64,000 nt of DNA from the human T2T-CHM13v2.0 reference genome, Homo sapiens (GCF_009914755.1 NC_060936.1); one strand, 5' to 3'. Shown: positions 13,171 to 26,599, numbered from the stretch's first letter. The notes: generated from the letters alone by a model not told the origin. Numbers and translations: made by a program.

Positions 13171-14045
13171 TGTGGCAGGCAGAGTCAAGCTTGGCAAAGA
13201 CGTCAGTGTCCTCATCCCTGCAGACTGTGAATGAGTTAGGTTACATGACAGGGGAAAGTGAGGTTGCTGATGGAATTGGAGTCGCTAACAGCTGATGTTG
13301 AGATGGGGAAGCTATCCTGATTATTCAGGTGGGGCAGTGTAATCAAAGAGCCCTTAAAAGTGGAAGAGGGAGGCAGAAAATGAGAATCAGAGGGAGGTGA
13401 GACTAGAGGAAAAAAGTCAGAGATGCAACACGGCTGGCGCTGAAGATGCAGGGAAGGGTCTTGGGACGGCCTGCAGATGGAGGAAGGGAGTCTCAGGCCT
13501 GCAGATGGAGGGAGGGAGTCTCAGGCCTGCAGATGGAGGGAGGGAGTCTCAGGCCTGCAGATGGAGGGAGGGAGTCTCAGGCCTGCAGATGGAGGGAGGG
13601 AGTCTCAGGCCTGCAGATGGAGGGAGGGAGTCTCAGGCCTGCAGATGGAGGGAGGGAGTCTCAGGCCTGCAGATGGAGGGAGGGAGTCTCAGGCCTGCAG
13701 ATGGAGGGAGGGGTCTCGGCCTGCAGATGGAGGGAGGGGTCTTGGGGGCCTGCAGATGGAGGGAGGGGTCTTGGGGGCCTGCAGATGGAGGGAGGGGGTC
13801 TGGGGCCTGTAGATGGAGGGAGGGGTCTAGGGCCTGCACATGTGGGGGCCTCTGGCAGCTGGAAAGTCAAGGAGAGATATTCCCCTAGAACATCCAGAAA
13901 ACAAGGCAGCCCTGCTGAGACCTTGATTTTAGCCCAGCGCAACTCAGGTTTGTTTCTAACCTACAGAACTGTAAGATAACACATTTGTGTTGTTTTAAGC
14001 CACTAAATTTGTAGTCCTTTACAGCAGTGGTGGGAAACTAATACA
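13171..14045 (+). mobile_element. MLT1D solo LTR carrying an internal VNTR
   Basis: TGTGGCAGGCAGA start, GAAACTAATACA end, 5-bp TSD-like GAGTC/GATTC. Confidence 0.85.
13468..13840 (+). repeat. 28-bp G-rich VNTR, ~13 units
   Basis: GGCCTGCAGATGGAGGGAGGGAGTCTCA at a 28-bp period 13468-13692, then 26-29-bp variant units. Confidence 0.97.
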
Positions 14046-14501
14046 GATTCCGAGCCCATATCCTAGCTCTCTGCTCTCAGTGGAGCAGCCCAGAGCTCTT
14101 GCTGTCCTGCCGGTGAGACCCCCTCAGACCTCAGGACAGGCTCCGGGTGCTGCATCCGCACAAAAGGTGTAGTCTCAGGTGTGGCCTGTGGTCTCCAGCA
14201 AGCTGTTTCCCCTCCTTCCAGACCCGGCTCCAGACGCCCCCTCCGGGTCACTGCCAGTGGTGCTGATCTCTGACTCCTCAGACCTGGCTATTTCCTCTCC
14301 AAGGGACGTGGGCCTTACTTCCTGCCACAGTGCCTGAACTCTTCTTCCTTTCTGACCATCACATGACTTGCTCAGTTAGCCTATGTGGAATCTACTCAAA
14401 GCCACCTTTTCAGTGAGGTACATATGTTTATAACATATGCTATACATATATGTGTGCATACATACACATATCTTGCCGAAAAGACACAGAGAAGGGAAAT
14501 A

Positions 14502-14503
<2 letters not shown>

Positions 14504-14545
<42 letters not shown>
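14504..14545 (+). repeat. (CA)n microsatellite, ~21 units
   Basis: Directly visible. Confidence 0.95.
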
Positions 14546-14547
<2 letters not shown>

Positions 14548-15029
14548 CTACATAGGATATGGGATGTATACATGTATATTTAAAATAGGTTATGTATAAG
14601 AAATTACACATATAGAATACAGAATAGAGAGATCTATATGAAAATATCTCCCATTTTCCTTTCTATGGAGGAAACTATATATATGAAACTATTATAAAGG
14701 ATATATATGAAAATAAAATATACATAAATATAGCTATATATAGGTTATATAGGAGATGAGATATATGTGGATGTATGTGTGTATCCTAGTTTTCTCCTCT
14801 GTAAAGGAAACTACATATATGATACTAATTATATAAGATATAGGAGATATATATGTATATTTATATATATCTCAGTAGGAGATTATACATATATCTCTAT
14901 ATCTCCTATTTTTCTTCTCTAAAGAGGAAGCTATATATATGAAACTGTATCACAGGATATAATGAACCATACACACACACAGAACACACACACACACATA
15001 CACACACACACACGAAATATCTCCTGTTT

Positions 15030-15150
15030 TTGTCCTCCAGTTGGAAACTCATGAGGGGCAGGGACTTTTTTGTTACTGCTTAATCTCCAGCACTCTGATC
15101 AGTGGCTTGCATGTATCAGAAACTCAATAAACACTTGTTAAATTATTTAT
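15030..15150 (+). mobile_element. L2 3' end
   Basis: CATGAGGGGCAGGGACT...CTCAATAAACACTTGTTAAAT. Confidence 0.65.
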
Positions 15151-16106
15151 GTTTATGCCGAAGACTCTTCATTCAAATCAGTTACAAACATTTTAATTTT
15201 GAATTCTGTACGAAAGCCTCCATCATATCTTCTGAACCCTGGGTCTCTAAAGTCTGAACCTGGCCCTGTAGAAAACAAATTCACATCTAGTGGAGGCACA
15301 GTGTTCACTTCTGGTCTTCACCAGGGCCTGAGTCTTACTCTTGGCTGGACCTCGAATGGTTCCTACTACCTTGACCTGCGTCTGCACTCACTGGGGAGGT
15401 CTGGAAGAGACCCCTGGGGCCTCCATCCTGGGTGACTTGTCATGATAAATGTTGCTCAAGAATATCAGAATCCAAATAGAAGTTCTCATTTGGAATTTGG
15501 AATCCACCGATTGTCTTCCTTGACTGTAGCCATGACCTCCAAGTAAGAAGTGTATCATCACTAGTTTTACTTAGAAGAACTTTGAGCTTGGTTTTCATCT
15601 TGATCACACACACTCATTATGTGATACTTGTTTTTCCTCTCTTCTTGGATCAAAGACCTTCCCATGAGGGGAAAGATGGCAGAAGCTTCTGTAACTGACT
15701 CTAACATTGAAATCAAGATTCTGTGGCAAATTCTTATAAGAGAAACTTTAAGGCCCTGAAAGACTAATCATGAAAAATACCCCTTTTGGATAAATATAAT
15801 CTCAAATTTAGGGTTGTTCACATATTTTTGCCATTGGTGTCTCTTCTTATTAATCTTTATTCTCTTGTATCAGAGGACAGGGCTGGCTGGGTACTAATTA
15901 TCTATCACTGCCTCCACTGGTGAGATTTTGTGGCACAAATGGGGGGTTTGAATTACAGCGGGTGTGTTGCACACTCAGATACATTTTAACTGTGATGTGC
16001 CTGGTGGTAGCTGGGCGCCTCGTTTTAGCACCAAAGGAGGTTCAAATCCTAAATCACTATATACAACACTACCATTCTAATGTTGGGCTTCAAAAATTAT
16101 ATAACA

Positions 16107-16443
<337 letters not shown>

Positions 16444-16662
16444 TTAATTGCCTGCATGTTTAGTTAGAGGTTTTAAGGTGACATATGGCATATAACTCAT
16501 GCTTTAATGCAGCTGTTGCCAATATGTTTTCCTTCTTCACATAGCAATGTTTTTTTTTTGTGGTCACAGAACTGAAAGTAAATAATTCTCCATCGCAGAA
16601 ATGGAGGCAAATCAGCACGTTAACCCTTACAGGCAGGTTAGAAACCCAGAAGGTGCTATGCC

Positions 16663-16693
16663 TGCAATTTGGGCTGCTGCCACCAGGTGGCAC
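16663..16693 (+). promoter_or_regulatory. Strong candidate CTCF site with upstream module
   Basis: Core CCACCAGGTGGCAC (16680-16693) preceded by TGCAATTTG (16663-16671) at the usual upstream-motif spacing. Confidence 0.65.
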
Positions 16694-17568
16694 CATTACA
16701 AATCCCTTGACCCATAGTATCTTGCCCATCATGCTTTAGAGCATTTTGCAAATAACACATCCAAAATCGAATTTTACTAAAATAACCTATTAAACACAAA
16801 GTATGTGTGTTAAAAAGTCAATTTAACTGGAAATACCATAAAAGGGAAATGAAGGATATAATACTTTATATCTCATTGGATGTTCATCAATTTTTAATAC
16901 AAAGATGGGTTTGTTGTCCATTCATTCAACAAATCATTATTTATTAAGCAACTGCTACATACCAGGCCTTCTGGTAAGTCCAGGAATATAGAAATGAGTA
17001 AGACATGTTCCCCAGTCTTGAATTCCTCCAACGCTATCAGATGTGCCCACTCATGGATAACTGAGGACTACAATGTGTGCTAAGTGTGATGAAGTCACAT
17101 TTTACCTAAGAGTTAAAGTCTACAGAAAGGTAAAATTTGCCTATAGTGAAGATTTTTCTTGAACGTCTCTTAAACTGAAGCTCTTCTGACCATGTCTCTT
17201 GTTTGGACTCTAAAGCCTGACTTTTGGCATTTTGACCTTCAGGGGTTAGGAAGCAATCATTTGCAATCCTCATGGTTTGCTTTCATTACCTACCCAGTAC
17301 CTGTTAAAGGAACCCTTGGTCCATGGCTCCTTGTTTTCATTTAAGCTGATAAAGAATTTCAATTTGCTGTCCCATTTTTTTCCTCTCCATGTAGAAAACA
17401 GAAAATATGGAGAAGCAATTAGGGCTGGGCCCCTCTCTTCCTAACCTCACCCCTGTTTTCTTATCTTTACATCCAGAACACTAACCCTGCAGCTATTCTC
17501 ACCATAGGTTTACTCTTTTCTGAACTGGACTGACAGAGCCATCTGAATACAATCCTAAACATTACCCA

Positions 17569-17842
17569 ACAACAGAAATCCAAATAATGCATGTTCTCAC
17601 TTATGAGTGGGAGCTAAACTATAAGAACTTATGAACACAAAGAAGGAAACAACAGACCTGGGGGTCTACGTGAGGGTGGAGGGTGGGAGCAGGGAGAGGA
17701 ACAGAAAAGATCACTATTTGGCACTTGACTTAATTCCTGGCTGATGAAATAATCTGTACAACAAATCTTCATGACACGAGTTTACCTACGTAACAAACCT
17801 TCACGTGTACCCCCAAACCTAAAAGTTCAATAAAAATAAAAA
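17569..17842 (+). mobile_element. Short L1PA (~PA14-16) 3' end
   Basis: L1 3'UTR; TSD TAAACATTACCCA / TAAACATTATCCA. Confidence 0.85.
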
Positions 17843-18149
17843 TAAACATTATCCATTAATTCAGCTCTTGAAACTTCTGCTTATTTTTATTTGGGCCTGG
17901 AGGGAGTCTCATCCAACAACCAGGGTATATTTTCACTTTTTTATGTGAAGGTTCAGGAAAAATCCACCGTGCAGTGAGTATACAGGTGTCTCCTTATCCA
18001 AATGAAGAAAATGTTCAGAGTTGTTTCTATGTTTTTTTCTACTGAAGAGAGGAGTCTTCCTCCTCCCCATGATAACCAGAATCCTCTATGTGACAACCAA
18101 GAGAGATGGCCCTCTCCGTCCTCATCCACTGTGACTTCTTAGATAAGAT

Positions 18150-18760
18150 CTTTCTTTCAACAAATATTGATAGCCCAGTGGGCAGCAGGCATTTTTCCAG
18201 GCACCGGGGAATAAGTAATGATCAAAACCAACCAGTCCTCACCGTTGTAGAGGTGGACAATGAACAGATAACAAGCAAAAAATATAGGAAGGCTTTGGTG
18301 ATAAGTTCTATGAAAAAACATAGGGCAGGGAAGAAGGATGGGGAATGTCAGAGGTGGGGCACTGCTGTTGAAACTGGGGAGATTTGAGCAGAGACCTGAA
18401 GACAGTGAGGGGGAGCTGTGTGCATCCAGTAGGCGGGAGAAAGGCAGGGTGAGGTCTCCAGGCAGGCACAGGCCTGGGAGGTTCCAAGAGTCATCAAGAA
18501 GCCCAGTGTGGCCAGAAGGAGAGTTGCAGGAAATGAGGTGAGGATGGTAGGGGCTAAGAGGGAGGGTGGGGAGATGGAATAGGCCTTAGAGGCAGTTGTA
18601 AGGGACATAGCTTTCACTGGGCGGGAGACAGAAACCATGGGAGGATTTTGAGTGGAGAAATGATGTGATGTGGCCCATATTTTAAAAGGATCACTTTGAC
18701 TCTCGGGTGGGGAGTGGATTTTGGGGTGGGGGACAAGATCAAAAGCAACAAGGAGAAGCT
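18150..18760 (-). mobile_element. L2 fragment
   Basis: TTCAACAAATATTGAT...TTTTAAAAGGATCACTTTG. Confidence 0.7.
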
Positions 18761-19055
18761 CATAGGAAATTCATATTACCTTGTGACCCTGACCCACTTA
18801 TCTGGTTCTAAATAATTAAACCAGGGAAGGCTTTGTGCAGACAGTCCTGAAATTAAGAACATAGCTGAAGGCATATTCCTACTTATAAGGGAATTTAAGC
18901 ATAATTGAAGTGACTCTAATTGATTAATTTTCCAATGCAACCACATGTGTTTTTTTGTGGTCACAGAACTAAAAAGCTGTTAGAATCAAAATTTGTCATG
19001 TTAAATGGATCATGTCCATTCAACAACAGAAAAAAACTGAGGAATAAAGAGTTTA

Positions 19056-19400
<345 letters not shown>

Positions 19401-20227
19401 TCAGAGCGAGGATTTAAATCCATGCAATTTGACTCAGGAGCTAAATGCTTAAGCAGCATGTTATAATCTTTTCATGCAGCAACAGGCAGGTAGGATGCAG
19501 TTGTGGTTTTATCTCTAGAAAGGGCATGTGTCCCTCAGTCTGTGCAATCCTCATGATTCCTTATTGCTTTCACTCATTTAAATTATCTCCTGCCTCTTGT
19601 ATTCTTCTGGGCTTGTGATTCCTGGTATAAATGTTCTCCAAAATCCTTTATATAAATTCTATGTAAGTGGGGTAGCATGGGGAGGTCATGTGGTTTCTTT
19701 CTAGGTCTAAGATGCCCATGATTGGCAGTATTGGGGATTGTCAACCAATGTCTCAGCACAGTAAAATGATGTGGTGTATTTGACTGGTGATGTCTGCCCT
19801 GGGTATGGTCCTGGGAGGAGTATCTTGTGTGAGGTTTATTTGCTGATGCTGTTCTAGACTAACCTAAGATATAGGGTAAGGTTGGTCCATCTTTGACCCA
19901 TTTTCTCTCATTTTTTGATGTGTTCCCATTTCTCCAGGAGGTATAATCTCTGCTTGTCCAGATTTGACTATCAAAAAGAAAAGTGATCTAAACAATTCAT
20001 TATGACAAAAATTTCCAGGAATTGATATATACAATCTCACCTAGAAATGCATTAACTTTAATGAAGGATTGTAGGGAGAGATTAATGCCTAATCCAATGG
20101 CATGAAGTCTTGTTGGAAGAATTGCATGCATCTGTGGAGGAGTTACTTTTGGCTGGGGAAGTAGGGTGTCAGTAAATAATCATGTAAGTCACCACCCGTG
20201 AAGAAAAGGCCCAGTAGAGTCCATGAG

Positions 20228-20531
20228 CAGAGATTGGCACTTTCTCTACAGAGGACTGGATGGTAAGTATTTTCAGCATTGCAGGCCATATGATTTCTCT
20301 CACAACAGCTCAACTCTGCCCTGGTCACATAAAAGCAGCTACTAACAAGATGTAAATGAGTGGGTGTGGCTGTGCGGCAATGAAACTTTCTTTATGGATA
20401 CTGAACTTTGGATTTTATATAATTTTTATATATCCACTCTGTCACTGTAGCACAAAAGCAGCCATAGACAATACTCAACAGGTAAACATGCCCAATCTCA
20501 TCCCCAAGCAGGCAGAGTTTGCCGACCCCTA
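20228..20531 (+). mobile_element. MER58 (hAT-Charlie) non-autonomous DNA transposon
   Basis: CAGAGATTGGCA...TTTGCCGACCCCT terminal inverted ends; CAACTCTGCC...AAAAGCAGC core. Confidence 0.8.
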
Positions 20532-20669
20532 TTCTAGAAGATGAGCGATAGAGCAAGATAGAAAAGGGCTGGAAATGGGTACCACGTATGTGATCTCTGA
20601 TGATGCATCAGAACTCTCTGTGTCTCAATTCCCTCACCCCAAAAATGAGGATAAAAATAATACCACTTT

Positions 20670-22170
20670 CAATGGAGCAGAACAGAGAGCCTAGAAATGA
20701 ATCCATGCTTGTAAAGTCCATTGATTTCCAACAAAGGTTCCAGGAACACAAAATGGGAAAGGACAGTCTCTTCGATAAATGGCACTGGGAAAACTGGATA
20801 TCCACATGCAGAAGAATAAAACTGGATCTTTATCACACACCACATCCAAAAATCAACTCAAAATAAAGACTTAAACACAAAACCAGAAACTGCAAAACTA
20901 CTAGAAGAAAACACAGGGGAAACACTGTATGAGTTGTGTCTGGGCAATAATTTCCTGGACTTGACCTTGAGAGTACAGGCAACAAAACAAAATAGACAAA
21001 TGAAATTGAATGAAACATAAACATTTCTACACAGCAAAGGAAACGATTAACAGTGTGAAGATATAACCCATGGAATGGGAGAAAATATTTGCAAGCCATA
21101 CATCCAATAAGGGTTAACATCTAAAATATATAAGAAATTCAAACAACTCAATAGTAAGGAAACAATCCAATTAAAACATGAGCAAGGGAACTGAGCAGAC
21201 ATTTCACAAAAGAAGAGCTACAAATAGTCAATAGATACATTTTAAAATGCTCAACATCACGAATCACTACGGAATGAAGATTAAAACCATTCCTTGGTTT
21301 TAATATCACCTCACATCTGTCAGAATGGCTATTATTAAGAATTGTTAAAATTATAAAATTATAAAAATCATTAAGAATTATTAAAAAGATAGCAAGTGTA
21401 GGCAAGGATGTAACGAAAAGGGAACTTTTGTACACTGTTGGTGGTACAGTCATTATGGAGAACCATACGGAGGTTACTCGAAAAACTAAAATAGAATTAC
21501 CATATAATCTAGCAATCCCACTTCTGGGTATATACCCCAAAGATCTGAAATTAATATGTGAAAGAGATGTCTCACTTCTATGTTCACTGCAGCACTACTT
21601 ACAATAGCGGAGTTATGGAATCAATCTAAGTGTCCATCAACAGATGGATGGGTAAAGGAAATGCATTACATATAAACAATGGAATACTAGCCAGACATTA
21701 AAAAAACATTGTATCATTTTTGACAATATGCATGAAATTTGAAAACATTATGCTAAGTGAAATTCACAAGGCCCAGAAAGACAAATACTGCATGTTCTCA
21801 TTTGTGGAATTTAAACTAAAACAATGGATGTCATCAAAGCACAGAGTAAAATGGTCACTACAGACGTTGAGGCTTTGGTACAAGGCTTCAGTTAGCCAGA
21901 AAGAATAAGTTATTTTTTAAAAATCTATCTCACAGTGTGGACAATATAGTTAACAATAGTATATTGTACATTTCAAAACGTATCAAGAGAGTAAATTTCA
22001 ACTGTCCTCACTACAAAAAATAAGTATCTGAAGTGAAGGATATGTTAATTAGTTTGATTTAATTATTTCACATTTTTTCATAAATCTTAACATCACTTTG
22101 TGCTCCATAAATATATATAATTATAAACTGTTAATTTATAATAAGATAAAAATTAAAACAGAAAATATGT
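20670..22170 (+). mobile_element. L1MA 3' portion inserted into a MIR
   Basis: ORF2 3' remnants and L1MA 3'UTR; MIR halves at ~20610-20660 and ~22185-22270 with GATAAAAATA on both sides. Confidence 0.85.
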
Positions 22171-22303
22171 GTTAAACTATAACTGATAAAAATATCTATT
22201 TCATGGGGTTGCTGTGAGGATTAAAGAAGCAAATGCTTACCTGCTATGAAGTAAGCATCCAATAAGTATTAAAACATCACAATTTCTATTCTCATTGCTA
22301 TAA

Positions 22304-22643
<340 letters not shown>

Positions 22644-22781
22644 TGAAATAATCCACTAACAATTCTAAAATCACACATTAGGTTTTAGAAACAGATTGAC
22701 ATAGCAGAAGAAGAACTTACAAGATGAGCCTACAGATGGGAACCAGAAATGTTGTTTTCTCTAAACTAATATATTTACTCC

Positions 22782-23143
22782 TGTATTATCCATTTTTAAA
22801 CTGCTCTAAAGAAATACCTGAGACTGGGTAATTTATAATGAAAAAGAGGTTTAATGGACTCACAGTTCCACATGGCTGGGAGGTCTCACAATCACAGCAG
22901 AAGGTGTAGGAGGAGCAAAGGCATGTCTTACATGGTGGCAAGCAAGAGAGCTTGTGCAGGGGAACTGCCCTTTATAAAACCATCAGATCTCATGACATTT
23001 ATTCACTATCATGAGAACAGCATGGGAAAGACCCGCCACCACGTTTCAATTACCTCCCACTGGGTCCCTCGCATGACACATGGGGATTATGGGAGCAACA
23101 ATTCAAGATAAGATTTGGGTGGGGACACAGCCAAACCATATCA
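22782..23143 (-). mobile_element. THE1 (B/C) solo LTR
   Basis: TGTATTA...CCAAACCATATCA termini; exact 5-bp TSD ACTCC (22777-22781, 23144-23148). Confidence 0.92.
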
Positions 23144-26068
23144 ACTCCTAATCCAGCAATAACAAAAATCCTAACGTTAGGAAGTCAACTTTAGGAAAGA
23201 ATCACCACTATTTGCTGTCCAAATAGAATGCCGTGATTAAAAATCAATAATAATGCCAGGTGAGTATGCAAAGTTTATGTGGTACAGTTCATCTTTATCT
23301 TCCCCTAACTCTCCCTGCCATGAATCCACTTGGATCTCCACTTAATGGAGGGGGGACCAAGAGGGCCAATCCCTGTATCCCGCAGGTGGTCACTCCCACT
23401 CTGTAGCTACAGAGTCCTTTCCAATATTGAAGGATTACTATCAAAATGACCACCTTTTGCCACATGATGGATTGAAGAAAGTGTCTATTGGGAGGCCAGT
23501 CTAATCCATTACCCCTGCCGAATAAAAGAGCCTCAGAGATACTCCTTCACTAATCAAAAGTGCATCTCTTGTGTTAGTGCATCAAAGGTATCATGCTCAT
23601 GCATGGGGGATGCTATTGTTATGTGGCCAGTCTGCTCCCTGAGAACTCTTCCCTGCAGGTGACACAGGGAAAGTCTTCAAAGGCGGCAGCAGGGATCAGT
23701 GAGGCGGCGCAATCCCTGCAGCTTCTCCATTCCTGAGCTGAATATTTGAAGCCATTTGGCTAAACTCTTGGGGTGGGGACAAAAAAGCTGATCGGGAGTT
23801 ATAGGATCTGCAGGTGGAGAAAAAAAGAAGGGACTATTTAGGAAACTGCCTCCTGGGGGCTGTCCCTGTGGCTGCGCAGGTTGTCGGGCGCCCAGCTGGA
23901 TTGCGGAAAGAGAACTGCTGGGAGCCGGCTCTCCACCACTCTCCTCTCCTCAGGAACAGGCTGCTGGAAGAGGAGCCAGGCCATTCAGGCCCCAACACTG
24001 AAGCACTCCACCAGGGATGCTGAAAATAGCTGCAGAAGAGCTTCTCTGATTTTCCACTCGTCTCTTCCTCCCAGTTGTTTACTCAGCTTGTTAAGCGTTG
24101 TGCTCCCATCCCCGAAATTACACTCCTTCTCCTCACAGCAGTTTGCTGCACTCACAGAAAGATTCCACTTTGATCCACCTTAGGAGAATGTGTCAAGCTT
24201 TATACACCTGATTTCCACTGGTGTGTGTCTCTGGTGCAGAAGCAAGGGTGGATGTTGATGCTGTTGAAATGCTGTATAATAAAGCAGGTTCACCAAGAGC
24301 AGCTGTAATCAGGTAGGGCTACAGCCCCCTTTGATTTTTATCAGTGGACATTTCTGAAATATTTGGTGGATACTGGTTTATTCAGGACCTGTTAATGAAC
24401 ACTTGAGTCTGTAAGTTGCAACAACAAAAACAAAAACCTCAGCAAATTTTTCAGGAGTAATACTTGAGCCCACGTCAATCTTCCTCCTAGTGTGTGCAGT
24501 GTGGCTGGCTTTAGGAGAGAGTGGCTCTCCCACCAGCTGATCTGTGGGTTCTTACAATGTCCCCAACCCCGAGGCTATCCCACTCCTAAGTGGCTGCAGG
24601 GGACATGGGTTGCTTTTGCTGCAGAGAGTCCACTGCCCTTCTCTGTAGTGACAATACACAGGTTGGCCCTGGGGGACCCTACTCCCCAAACTCCTCATTG
24701 AGTTCATGTGCTTTGAGATGATTTAGGGCTTGGACAACCAGTATGTTTGGATCCCTGGGCTGCAGTGCTGGGCTCAAGGATAAGGTGACCTAAATAGGTC
24801 CCATAAGAACATATCTCAGGATTTATACAGGAATGTCCTAGAAGACAAATACTCTTTTCTATTGGATGTGAACCAGTTCTGAGGCATCCATCTTGCTCCC
24901 ACAAGGACAGCTCTGTGAGAATGAAACTCATACAGAAGAAAGAGTGTCTATAAGGAAGAAAAAGAGAGAAAGATTGGGGGTAGGGGGAGAAAGAGAGAGA
25001 AGGAGGGAGGGAGAGGAAGAGAGGGGATGTTCCGGTGATATATTTTGGAGTTCTAAATAAAACACCCTAAGCTAGCGCCAGGCTGGACTTTTCAATCATG
25101 TGACAATTTTTTTTAACTTGTTGATGTAGGTGGCATTTCCCATTATTTCCAACCTCTGAGAATCACAGTGTATATTATTGCAAACATCTGAAATGCTTTC
25201 ACTGGGGACCTGTTGCCTTCTTGAAAAAAAAAAATAAAACAAAACGAGCATCCTTGGGAGGCAGAAGAGAGCATGGCTTGACGCAATTTACAATTCAACG
25301 GGAATGAGTTTTCAGTGGATTTCCTGAGAGGAGGTTTTGATGTGGCTGGGGAAGCCCACACCAGCCTGTTGGGCTTTTGGCTGAGGAAAGAAGAGAAAGC
25401 AAATAAAAATAAAAAGACTGGGGCCTTTAAAGGCCGACCTTCTCTGCTCAGAGGCTTTCCAGGGGCTGCACAGGTGGCTGTGACACATCTCTGAGAATCC
25501 CTTGGCTTTCTTTCTTAACAGCCTCCAAATGACACCAACACATCACACGTACCAGGTGACTCTTTGTCAACATCTGTGATTCACAGAGCACCACAATGAC
25601 AACTGTATGAGCTGTGGGTTTTGATTTTTAAGTTGTGCATCGGGCTTTGAGGCTTATTGGTGGATGTAAAATAAATGCTGTGAGGTTTTTCATTTTTCGT
25701 TGCACCCTCTATATTTCCAAGGGTGGTTTCATGAGTCATTCTCAGAAACAAAGAGAGGAAAAACATTTCTTTCTCAAGAGTTCCTGCCCAAGTCTGAAGC
25801 CTGCATCTCATTGGCTCTGACTGGATAATGTGTCTATCCCTGAGCCAATGGCATGTCCAGAATTTGCCATGTTCTGATTGGCCACCCTGAATCACATGGC
25901 CACTCCTGGAGACTGGAGATGTGGCCACCTGCAGAAAGAACCGCCTCCTATTTCCCTTCCTCATGCCATTCCCTCTGTCAGCAGGGCATACTGGGTACAA
26001 ATTCATCCTTCAGGTATTACACCTCCAGGGAAAACTTGAGTAATGCAGTTATGTTTTCCCTTCAGTGT

Positions 26069-26243
26069 TTAAACTACGTGAGGCAGATTTAGGCTAAACG
26101 TTACACTAGGCACATAGTAGTTGCTCAAGAAATGTTTGCTGTCAAACATATTTAAGCAAATGTTTGCTGACAGCAAACATTTCTTAACCACCTGCTACAT
26201 GCCTAGTGTTAAGTTTAGCCTAAAGCTGCCACATGTAGCTTAA
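26069..26243. repeat. Inverted repeat, 76-bp arms, 23-nt spacer
   Basis: 26069-26144 versus reverse complement of 26168-26243: 64/76 identical, ungapped, innermost 18 bp perfect (hand alignment). Confidence 0.95.
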
Positions 26244-26599
26244 GTTTGGCCCAAAGGTTTCTCCATGCCTACTGAACAGTAACCTAACTGCACGTTCAAC
26301 CACACTGTACCTGCTTTTGTATCAATCGCTGAGTGTCAGCCAACTACAGGTAGCCAACACCGCAAACCATGTTCAAATACAGCAGATGCTGAACTGTAAC
26401 TAACCCGGCTGCATCTGCACCTCACTCTGTTTTCTGTGGTCCACTTTCCTTTTTCTGTCTATAAATGTTATCTGACCACATGACAGCTCCAGAGTCACTC
26501 TGAACCTGTTCAGATTCTGGGGGTTCCCTAATTTGTGAATCATTATTTGCTCAATTAAACTCTGTTAAATTTAATTTGTTTAAGGTTTTTCTTTTAACA
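26207..26599 (+). mobile_element. MER57-type ERV1 solo LTR
   Basis: TGTTAAGTTTAGCCTAAAGCTGCC...TTTTCTTTTAACA; 4-bp TSD CTAG (26203-26206, 26600-26603). Confidence 0.85.

Noticed and set aside
13397-13979. Three long overlapping repetitive ORFs
   Set aside because: Artefact of a stop-free 28-bp VNTR
14644-15050. CRISPR-like repeat-spacer layout (also 53463-53601)
   Set aside because: Human DNA, degenerate repeats, low-complexity spacers, no cas genes
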